This document shows positions 49,064 through 59,763 of a stretch of DNA of 64,000 nucleotides, piece by piece. Numbering within the stretch: position 1 is the first letter of the stretch; every line of letters begins with the position of its first letter. The notes below the pieces were generated by a model that was given only the letters and a program-made list of their open reading frames with translations, was not told the DNA's origin and did not search any database. Source of the stretch: Vermamoeba vermiformis (Eukaryota); NCBI GenBank assembly GCA_045837725.1, contig JBEWZL010000101.1:124001-188000 (forward strand), read 5' to 3'. The position numbers were made by a program, and so were the translations under genes.

Positions 49064-51002
49064 ATGACAGATTCAGAACACATCCGCACCCTGCACATTC
49101 AAGGCACGCAGTGGCTCTATATTGATGCGCAGAACGGCACTGCGAGTCGATTCACCGCTTGGCACGGCGGTCTGGATGCAGTGCAGAGCGCACGTGCAGT
49201 GCGATTGGACGACAAGAACGTGGTGCTGGAGACTGCCAAAAATAGCAATGCCAAAAATAGCACCGTGCCATCGATCAGCGCGCTGCTGTCACAACTCACT
49301 GCACTGCACGCCCTCGACGCGCACTCGGTGGTGTTCGGCACGCGTGCTGGTCAGCTCGTGCTGCTGCAACTTGCCACTTCCAAAAAAGGCAGACACCGCG
49401 CAGTGGTGCTGAGTGGTCAACACAGCTGTGCTGTCACGTGCATCAGTCACGTGGAGTCCACCGTGTACAGCAGTGACGAGCACGGTGGTGTCAGTGAGAG
49501 TCACGTGACTGCGGACCAATTGCGTGCGAGTCGCGTGCTGATCAGCGGTGACAGCGCATCACGTGCCAGTGTGGCCCTGGTGAGTGCACTGCACGGCACA
49601 CAACAGCTGGCGGTGATGCAGGGTCGCAAGTTGAAGGTGTGGGACAGCAAGAGCAACAACTACCAGTCCTCGCCGCACGCACACAGCACCACGTGGTGGA
49701 GTTGTGCCACGCCCCCTGTCACGCAGCTCACCGTGCAGGGCGAGTGGTTGTGCGCCGCAGCCAAACAGCGTCACGTGCATCTGTTGCACTTGCACGACAA
49801 CATTGTGCTCAGTAAGTGCTATTTATAGCTCCGCTCGTTCACTGAATTGCTGACACCTCTCTCTCTCAGCCATGACCCTCGACGCAGAAGTCACAGCAGT
49901 GGACATCAATCCGCACACAGCCTCACCGCTGCACGTGCTCGGAGTGTCAGAGCGCGGTCAGATCTCGCTCTGGGCCACTGCTCCGACCAAGACCGCACAG
50001 CTCGCCAAGCCCGATGTGACGATCAAAGTGCTCGATCAGCAGCGCAAGCCACTCAAAGTACTCGCTGCTCGCTTCACCGCTGCCGATGAGCTCTATCTGG
50101 TCACGGGCACTGCTGCTCAGCCCGAATTTCATCGCGTGTGCTACGTGAACGACAAGTCACGTGCTCTGTTGCGCGAGATCACCGTGACAGCAGGCGAGGA
50201 GAAGACAGCACAGTCACGCGATGCAGACAGTCACGTGCCAGCGAGTGTGGTGTCCGCGCACGAGAGCAGCAGTCGCGCCCACATGCTGCAGAGTCTGCAC
50301 CGCGCGAGTGAGGTGGACGAGGAGGGCCCCGTGATTGAACACAGCTTTGCGGACCAATTGGCGCAGCAACAGCTCAACAGCAAGAAGAAGAGTGCCGCGA
50401 GTGCTGCCCCGCGTGTGGACAGCATACTGAGCTGGCTGGAACAAGTGCTCGCCACACCGCAACAACAACAAGCTGCCGAACTGCATCGCATCATCGCCTC
50501 CGTGCACGACGCGCGCATCATTCGCGACACCATCAATCGACTGCCACTCGCGCACGTACTGCCACTCCTTCGACTGCTGGTACACTCGCTGCACACTCGT
50601 CCTGCGCTGTTCGGCTCCGCACTCGTCGAGTGGATCCGCGCCGTCCTGTTGCAACGATCTGCGTACTTGATGACTGTACCGGGCCTGGTCGACGAGCTGT
50701 CAGGTCTATATGCACTGATTGAAGCACGCTTGCAGCACTTCAATGCCTTCTTGTCGCTGCACGGGCGATTGCAGCTCGTGACATCGCTGATCAACACAAA
50801 GCGACATGGATCTGACTACAGTGCTGGCGAATACGAGCCCATTGCAGTGTTCCACGAAGATGAAGACGACGAGGACGAGGACGAGGATGAAGACGATGAA
50901 GGGGAGCACGACGTTGAAGACAGCGATCAAGACAGCGAGATCGAGGGTGCAGAGGATAACGAAGATGAAGACCTTGAAATGTACGATGATGATGATGAAT
51001 AA
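49064..51002 (+). CDS. UTP5: WD40 plus Utp12-domain t-UTP protein (UTP5/WDR43-like); true start may lie upstream
   Basis: Degenerate WD repeats; IIRDTINRLP...VEWIRAVLLQRSAYLMTVP...FLSLHGRLQLV (Dip2/Utp12 domain); acidic tail. Confidence 0.75.
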
Positions 51003-51159
51003 GACTAGTATAATATAGTAAATATAATGCGATTGAATCAACGTTGTTTGATGCGTGTTGTCCATAGCTTTGAGGTATCAGATCGCAAAAATGTGGAGCG
51101 AGTTTATTGCTTTGTACAACGCTGTATATCCAATATGTTATATTAGGCTGTTATATATT

Positions 51160-51701
51160 TTAAACATCGGTGGATCCAATCTTGTGACTGTAAATTGAAT
51201 AAAGAGGTTAGATGGGTCAGTTGCAACAAGGTCAACACGAGTACGTACACTCGAATAGGCTCGTAGTTAGCGTGGTGCTTCTTGGAGTACTCGAGACTGG
51301 CTTGTTGCCACTCAGGGGAGAGCGTGCGAGGAACGGGCTCTGAAAATACAATAATTGGTCAGATGTGCTTCAAATTATGTTAAATAATTATACAAAATAT
51401 CTCTGTAATTAATATCTTCGTATTGTTATTATTTGGATCGCTTCCAGCATTTAATATTAATTTCTAACCAAATATTGTAATTATAATGTAATCCAGATTT
51501 CTTACTCTTGGTCAATTTGTTGAGCACATAAGCAGCGAGAACACTGACAGCGCACGAAGCAAGGATCAATCGAGGGCTAGCAGCGTAACCCAAGCTGATT
51601 TTGCGGCTGATGTGTTTGTTGATAGTATCTGCAGGATCCACAGAGTTGACAATAGTGGGCTTTTGAATAGCAAATCGAACAGTCTTAGTCTTGTTGTCCA
51701 T
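51160..51701 (-). CDS. Small single-TM protein, cytochrome c oxidase subunit IV (COX4/Cox5)-like
   Basis: TM segment LILASCAVSVLAAYVL followed by KPVPRTLSPEWQQASLEYSKKHHAN, resembling the COX4 P.TL..EWQ.A..EY motif. Three exons. Confidence 0.6.
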
Positions 51702-51978
51702 GGTGCTAGGGTGCTTATTTTGAGTTAACAAACTAACAGGGTGCGCTATGTCTGATTATTTTTTTTCAAACGAATTCATGAACCAAACACACTCGGCACG
51801 GTGTCGCGCGGAGGTGCTAGTGCTTCTACACTATCATACACTACGATGCTACTCGTACACTGCTGCACTCGCGAGATGATGTTGCAGCCTCCTTTTCTTG
51901 CTAAAGAACCGATCTGTACAGCTAACGTACGATTATATAAGTGACTATATTGAGTGCTTTGTACAAAGAGTGCAATCA

Positions 51979-53098
51979 TTACAAGAAAGGGTTCCAGTTC
52001 TGTTGCTGTTGTTGTGGGGGCTGTTGTTGTTGTTGTTGCGGTGTGGACTGCAAGAACGGATTTGACGCGGAAATGCTGCTCGGCAATTAGTCCCAGTGCT
52101 ACATACAACGCCATCAATACTCACCTAGGACCCGTGAAGTCGCCCCAGAGCGATGCGTCGTTCATGAACTGCTGCGTGTTGGCAGTACTAGTGGTGGTGG
52201 TGGATGGGGCAGCGTGTTGCGTGCGCGAGCGAGTGCCAGGGGGCGGTGCTAACAACACGGGCCCACTGCTCTCTGCGGCCTCGCTGTGCTGCGACACGGG
52301 GGTGCTGGTCTTGGACTGCAACAGAGCATTAGTGACACGTGTCAAACACCGCTCAGCGCGAGACAGAGCACGTGCATACCTTCAAGTTGACGTGAATGGA
52401 CTGGCCCTGGGGGATGGAGAAGTCGAGCTTGGGCTGCGTGGCCCAGTACTGGCCAGCCTTCTCTGCCTCTTGCAGCTGACGCAGGTACTTCTTGTGATCA
52501 GCGAGGGCGGCATTGAAGTCAAACGCTTCGTTGCGCTCAGTGAAGCCGAGGCCAATGAAGGCACGGCGCCCTTGTCCGTCCTCGAGCGTGAGCACAAAGT
52601 AGCGACTGCTGTCCTTCACTGGCTCCACACTGCGATCTGTCGCCACGCACTCCGCGAACATGTTGCCTATAATCATGTGGTCAGTGCATGGGTCAAGAGC
52701 GAGGTCAGCAATATATTGCAATCAGGGAATTTGGTAATTGGCTAAATTTCGACGTCAGATCAAATTTGAAATAAGCGATATTACAAATAGTACCCTTATA
52801 ATTTCAGATAAATACCGAATAAATTGTGCGTAAATATATGTACCGTCATTGGTGTTAATGAGTCGGATCAAACATTTTTGACCCTTTTGTACGACTGTCA
52901 ATCGACCACTCCACAAACAACCACCTCCTTCAACATTCCAATCCTATGTAATAATAATAGAGTATTAATTATGAGCAGCATTGCGTGATCGTCAATTACA
53001 GATGCTCTGTGGCCGGTAGCTGATTTGAGAGGGGGAATTTTGTACACGTAGCACTCCTTGATGACGCACAAAGTTTGTTCTAATTCTTCGTCGGCCAT
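51979..53098 (-). CDS. NECAP: Adaptin ear-binding coat-associated protein
   Basis: ECYVYKIPP..GHRA; VEPVKDSSRYFVL..GRRAFIGLGFTERNEAFDFNAALADH; WGDF motif and C-terminal WNPFL. Confidence 0.92.
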
Positions 53099-53272
53099 GT
53101 GCTAGTTGTAATTGACTGCGGTTCAATGGTGAATACTGCCTGCCAGTGAAGTGCTGCAATATTTTGTCCCTTCCCCGTTTGCCGCGTTTTTTACTTGCAT
53201 TAATTTGAAAAACAACAACACCTTAGGCACCCCACTTATTATTGTTAATACAATCAAAGGGTGACTGCAACA

Positions 53273-54520
53273 ATGTTGTTCGTAGACAAATATCGCCCTA
53301 CATCGTTGGACAAAAATGATTGCCATCCAGAACTAGCCGCCAATTTGAAGAATTTAGTAAGCAAAATGACAACGCATTTTAAATATAGTGCAAATATATA
53401 CGATATTTTTACTAATGTAATAACAGGCTACTAGCGATGATTTTCCTCACCTGTTATTTTACGGTCCATCCGGAGCTGGAAAAAAGACACTTATAATGTC
53501 ACTATTGCGCGAGTTATATGGACCAGGCGTTGAAAAACTCAAAATCGAGCCTCGCAGCTTCAAAATAGCAACTAAGAGCGAACCGATCGAGATCAACATT
53601 ATCGCCAGCTCGTTCCACATTGAAATGAATCCTAGTGACTGCGGCTACTACGACCGCGTCGTCGTGCAAGAGGTGATCAAAGAGATTGCGCAGAGTCAGC
53701 CACTAGAGACCTCGCTGACCCCCCAACGTCGTCCGTACAAGATCGTGATCCTGAGCGAGGTGGACAAGATGAGCAAGGCCGCACAACACGCGCTGCGTCG
53801 CACCATGGAGAAGTACCTCGCGACCTGTCGACTCATCATGACTGCCACCAGTCACGCGCGTGTCACCCCAGCAGTGCTCTCGCGCTCCCTGGCCCTGCGC
53901 GTCGCTCGTCCAAGCAGTGGCGTGCTGAGTGCGCTGCTGAGTGACGTGTGCAGACGCGAGCACTGGCCTGCAGGAGTCGCACTCACGCCACTCATTGCGG
54001 ACAAGGCTGAGCGCAACATTCGACGCGCACTGCTCATGTTGGAAGTCGCTAAGATGAAGTCGGGTGTGCAGCTCGTGAAGCAGATAGAGCTGCCTGACTG
54101 GGAGGTGTTTGTGCAGCAATTGGCCAAGGAGATTATTGACGAGCAGAGTCCGCAGAAGTAAGTACTTGGATGTGCACTTGTCGCGTACTGACTGTTATTC
54201 TAATCGACTAGACTGCTCACACTGCGCTCTAAGCTGTACGAACTGCTGGTGCACTGCATACCTGCCGATGTGATTATACAGCGACTCACCACTGCATTGC
54301 TGGAGCGATTGGATGCGGATCTCAAAGTGGATGTGACACACTGGGCTGCTTTCTATGTAAGTCGATGCCCATATTTAAGACTGTAATATACATTTGCTTA
54401 CTTCAATGCTAGGAGCATCGCTTGAAGAGTGGCAGCAAGGCAATCTTCCACTTGGAGGCCTTCATTGCCAAGTGCATGGCCCTGTACAAGAGCTACTTGG
54501 TGCAGAGCTTTGGCGACTAA
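53273..54520 (+). CDS. RFC3: Replication factor C 38-kDa subunit (human RFC3 / yeast Rfc5)
   Basis: MLFVDKYRP..FPHLLFYGPSGAGKKT..HIEMNPSDCGYYDRVVVQEVIKE..AQHALRRTMEKY..LYELLVHCIP..GSKAIFHLEAF. Confidence 0.95.
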
Positions 54521-54711
54521 TAGATGTTAATAGAACACTTCTATATATAGCGTGCTTGTACTTGTCTCTACTGTAAATGCTTGTTTGATACTTAGTCGTG
54601 CACGTGCTTGTCGTTTTGTTTGTGAAACTGGTGATAGCTAAAGTTGATCTGGCATCAAACAACATTGTTCTCTGCAACATCGAACACAACGAGGGCATAG
54701 TACATATAATA

Positions 54712-56754
54712 ATGAGTCTAATTAGCTCGAACGATGTCTCGCTGAGCCAAGAACTGGTGAATCCAGCAGAATTGGCACGTGTTAATTATTTATTAAAAAC
54801 ACCCTCATAATATTGCTAATTTATTTTTTTTCCTATTAATCAGGTATTGTTTTATGGCCCTCCATGTTCCGTAAGTGACAATTAATTTATTTAATTCTTA
54901 GCATAGAGCTCTATTAATCGCCAATCACAAGGGCAAGACACGATTCTATTACCGCGAATATGCGCAAACACACGCGCGCATCAGTCCCAAAGACGACTAC
55001 CCCGACAAGTCGCTGCACTACGTGGTGAGCGAGGCCATCAAGCTGCTGCGCGAAGGCACGCAAGTGGTGATCGATGACTGCAATGCGCACGAGGACACGC
55101 GTCAGAGCTACATTGCGCGCGTCAAAGAAGCACTGCCCCACACTCGCACCGTGCTCGTCGTGTTCAGACCCGTGCTCGGTGTGCGGCAGTGCGAGTGGCA
55201 GCTAGAGTGGACCCTGGCTGCGCACTGTGTGGAGCTACAGCGCGGACACTCGACACCGCGCGGCACGTACATTGATTGGAGTGCGTGGCAGAAGACCTTT
55301 GATCACGAGCCCGTGTCACTGCTCGAGGGATTCAGCAGCACGCGCTATGTGGACTCGCACTTGTACTCGGCACGAACGCGCGAGCAGTTCAACACAACGG
55401 TGCGTGCAGTGATGGACCACTCAGTGGCCCTGGTGACTGATTGTCGTTCATTTGCAGGCACTGATCGTCGAGGCACAGGCCCTGGTAGAGTACAGCATTG
55501 ACGAGCTGTTTCACGTCACGTGCACGCTACAGCCCCACGTGTCGAGTGTGCTGCGCGAGTGGAGTGGCAGTCACGCGGCGTGGCACGTGTTGGTGCTGGT
55601 GGACGAAGCAGCGCTGTATCCGATGAGCATCGAGCTGATTGAGGACCCTGAACTGCAAATCACCGTGTAAGTAGCGCCAGTCAGTGCGTGCCCTCACTCA
55701 CCACTGCCCCCTTTCAGCCTTCAGAAGTGTCGTGCCGCCCTCGAACAACAATTGATCGCACTGCAGCTGCACCAGCCAGTGTATTATCTGCTCTCAGAGT
55801 ACAATGCCTTCGAACAGACGCACTTCTTCAAGCTGCAGCGCGGTGGTATGATAGCCTGGTGCGTAGTACTCTGCCATGCACCGCGCCACTAGCACTCATT
55901 TGCATCTCGCAGGGCACACATGCGACACGGTCTCGCGCTGTCACAGTGCGTGTACATCACAGCCACAGCCAAGAACAAGGCTGCTAGTGTACCGTGTGGT
56001 CTCAAGTACTGTCACGCTGCAGATCTGTTCAACAACAATGGCTGGGGCACGGACAGCAAGCTGTAAGTACCGCACGTGCCTCATGTGCACTGACTCATAC
56101 CCCACCGCAGCCGCAAGTACACGCGCGACCAAGCCTCACCTCCCACCAGCGAACTGCTGCGCGATGTCGAGTACAGTGCCGTGCCCATGCAACACGCCGA
56201 GTACGTACTTTCAAGCTTGAAAATCACTGTAACCAATTAATTTGTACAGACCTTTGCAGGGGAGTGCGCGCACGGAGTGGACGATCACTACAGAGCAAGG
56301 AGGATTCGGACGCGTGCACGGCTGTTGTTGGCCAGGCTCGCTGTCTGTCTCCGGTGAACTGCCTGCTGCGCCTGTGGTGGATCGGATCGCACACACAACA
56401 CCCAGAAAAAGTCGAGCGTTACCAGAGTGGTTGTCTCCTACTAAAGCACCCGCGAATAATAATAACAAGTCCCCGGCAAAAGAAAAAACAAAGAAAACGG
56501 AGGAAAAAGCCGTAAGTCCCTTGGATGGGACCGATGAAGATCCAGTATCTCAAGACCTACAACCAAGTCAAACGTCTTTATTCGATGATTTATCTGTATC
56601 GCAAGACTCGGAGGTAGCCACAAACGAAAATCAGCAAACAAAGCGCAAAAGATCCGAAGATGAGCCCAGCGATGAAATCAAGTGAGTATTTTTACTAAAA
56701 CGAAGCACACCACAACTAAGAGCAACTTACAGAACAAAGAAGGCGAAGATATGA
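54712..56754 (+). CDS. P-loop (AAA_33/PNK-like) kinase with downstream degenerate HAD-like domain
   Basis: Spliced ELVLFYGPPCSGKTRFY (Walker A) and VVIDDCNAHEDTRQSYI (PNKP kinase-like VIDNTN...R). The later ALIVEAQAL...LQPHVSSVLREW...VLVLVDE is HAD-like. The C-terminus is basic and NLS-like. Confidence 0.6.
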
Positions 56755-56926
56755 AGTGGCTGTTCTTAGAATTTTAATTTTTTGTGGTCTTTGCCAACGG
56801 GTTGACTTTTGTTGACCATCACGCCATTGGTCCGCCAACAATCACGTGCCCACGTAACCAAAAAAAACATCAAAACCGAAGCTTTATTTTTGTATCTTTC
56901 TCACCAAAAAAAAACACAACTCAACA

Positions 56927-57551
56927 ATGGCCACCGTCAAGTTAGAGTCTTCTGATAAGAAGGAATTCGTCGTTCCTGTCGAGGTTGCTAGCCAATCCGT
57001 CACCATCAAGAACATGCTTGAAGGTAAAATAAATTATTGCTAATCTAGAAAAACCGATGGTTGCAAAAATATCACATGGCGCCTTACTAAAATTAATTAC
57101 TTAAAGATTTGGGCTCTGACAACGATGCTCCCATTCCTTTGCCCAACGTCTCTGCTAAGATCCTCGAAAAGGTCATCACTTACTGCAAATACCACCACGA
57201 GCACCCCACTCCCCAATCCGAGGAGAAGAAGGATGAGAAGAGAACCGACGATATCATCCCTTGGGATCGCGAATTCTGCCAAGTCGACCAAGCCACTTTG
57301 TTCGAGCTCATTTTGGTAAGTAGGATTTAAAATTCAAATTTGGTCTTTCAACGTCTTACAATTTACATTTTTAGGCTGCTAACTTCTTGGACATCAAGCC
57401 ATTGTTGGACCTCACCTGCAAGACTGTTGCCAACATGATCAAGGGCAAGACTCCCGAAGAAATCCGCAAGACCTTCAACATTAAGAACGACTTCACTCCC
57501 GAAGAGGAAGAACAAGTCCGCAAGGAAAACGAGTGGTGCGAAGAGCGTTAA
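56927..57551 (+). CDS. SKP1: S-phase kinase-associated protein 1
   Basis: [92 protein letters not shown]. Confidence 0.98.
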
Positions 57552-57799
57552 TAGGTCTTCAACCCCTTCTTCTGTTGTAAATTGTTTTTTTACCAAAATT
57601 CGAAAAGCCAAAAAAATTAAAAAAATTTAATCTAGTACGTTGTGCAACTTGTTTACTCGTACAGCTGTGTAACTCAACTGTTGTGTCCGTGATCGCGAAG
57701 AAAGCAAGTTCACGGGACACAATAGAAGTTCAGGCCAGGCGACACTTACGGCCCGAGATAGGGTGCTCTAATGCCAACACCATGCATTCTCAAATGACG

Positions 57800-59700
57800 T
57801 CCTGTTTCAAGGCCCGCGATCTTTACGTGTAAAGAGTAATACCTGCACGTGGCATTGTGATTGGATGGTAACTGCATTTTCTACAACCAAGCACTGGAAC
57901 ATGTCAATTCTAAACTACTTGGATGATAATGGACTTTGTGTTTGACTAATTTTCGAGGAATAAATAATGGGTGTTTAGCTGATGATTTAGGGGTCAATAC
58001 ATGATTGAGGTCAACAGAGGTCATCCTGCACCTGGTGAGCGGTGTCCATCTGTGGCAGGGTGTCTGTCCATGGTCAGGGTGTCCCTCCTGGACAGGGGTC
58101 CACCATGGATGGGGCGTCCACCTAGTAATTGACCAATGCGCCTTGTTTCAGTGTGTAGAACATGCTTCTAATATGGGTGGTTTTTAATACTTTCTGGCGC
58201 TGAGGAGTAGTGCAGAACTGAAAGCGTTTGCAGGTGTTTTAGCATCCCATAAATCAACAAAAGTGGGTACTCGGTGCATTATGGTCACCAAAGAAGAAAG
58301 AAGTTCTTTGTAAACCCAATATACTTTGGAAGTTTTTACTTGTCCAGGCCAGATGACAACCAGGTGTGTGGTGGATGTCAGTCCCCCCTTTGCTTGAAAT
58401 GAGTCCGCCAGATGGTACAGCAAAAACTCAAGTTCACGAAGAACTCTTGTTCTAGTGCCAATACCAGTGAAACGAAATACCTAGAACATCACTATATAAC
58501 AAGAAAATATGTAATCGCAAAGATATTGTAGTGACAGCGATTTGTCAACTTTTCAGCTAAGTATGTAGGTTGGTGGCATGTGGTCTGTGGCAGACATCCA
58601 ATTTTTTTGCTGGACGACGTCCGCCATTGGTCTGACCTCCCATCCTTGGAATGCAACAGCCTGTAGTGGCAGTAAACCAGCAGCAGCGTCCCCACCAAAA
58701 AATTCGCCATCTGTGAACCATCCATGGGCATAGCTCTGTCCATTGATGGCAGTTGACCAACTTATACCATACTATGCAATTAGCACCAGCGGACCAAAGA
58801 AGTACTGTGGGAAGCTTTGGGTTAAGTGCTGGAGGCGAAAAAGGCAATGTTCTTGACAAGTATGAGTAGTACAATTTAGGTTGAAGGTAGGATCTGGTCT
58901 AGGTTCTCTGGATAGCAACAGACTTGTTGTCAACTTTCAAAATTTTTAAAGACATTTCAACTCGATTCATGGCAAGTGGCAGCAGTTGAATCGGTGGGCA
59001 TCTCCACAGTGGATCTGAACGCAACTCCTGTAGCAATGAAACCTTACAGGCGGACGTCCTGTCGGCCAAAAATAATTTAAAATTTTTTCGTCCATCCGGG
59101 GTCGCTGTGTCCGCTGATGTTAGTAATTGACCAACTTATACCAAACTCGGCCATAGCATCAGTAGACCCAAGAAACACTACTATTGGCGTCAGGAGGCTT
59201 TGGGCTAAACGCCAGAGGCTGAAAATGGCAATGTTCTGCAAAGAACTTAAGTACTAGAACTTTGTTCTTTTGGCTGCAATACCATTGAAACTTTGGAAAC
59301 ACCTAGGTCTATCACTATCTAACAAGAAAAGATAGTAATCATCAAAGATAATGTAGTGGCAGTAATTTGTAAATTTTCAGCATTAAGTATGAACCCACCC
59401 ACCAGCACATGTTTGGTACAACACAACTATACGTATTTTATGCAACGCTGAACTTTGGCTACAATGCATTGTCACCTAGCTATGAATTTTTTTTTGAATT
59501 ATCTATACTTTTTATGTTGTAACTTTGTCCAGTATGGTGGCAAACCTTGTTATAATGAAGCGATATGCTTAATCATATACATGGCATATAGAAATCTTGT
59601 TAAAATCTTCATACTATATGATGTATGGTTGGCGGACGCGCGGTCCGTGGCGGCGTCCAATTTTTGCCGGACAGGACACAATACCCCCTTGCACACATGC
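57800..59700. repeat. Gene-free island of diverged interspersed repeats, probable decayed mobile-element material
   Basis: Diverged copies: ~58482-58565 vs ~59303-59391; ~58749-58853 vs ~59123-59236; 58568-58615 vs 59627-59672. GGCGGACGTC occurs inverted at 58615-58625 vs 59049-59059. No credible ORF. Confidence 0.65.
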
Positions 59701-59763
59701 TCTAACGTATTGCCCTGGTTCTCAAATTCACAAATGAATGATTATTTTACAAAATAGTATTTA

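Noticed and set aside
57480-57520. Skp1 NDFTPEEE proline (site of hydroxylation/glycosylation in Dictyostelium)
   Set aside because: The residue is widely conserved and the modifying enzymes are not in this window, so it is not informative by itself.
58005-58874. Short ORFs in the repeat island as transposase remnants
   Set aside because: No DDE, RT or other recognisable motifs, and duplicated modules do not preserve reading frame.
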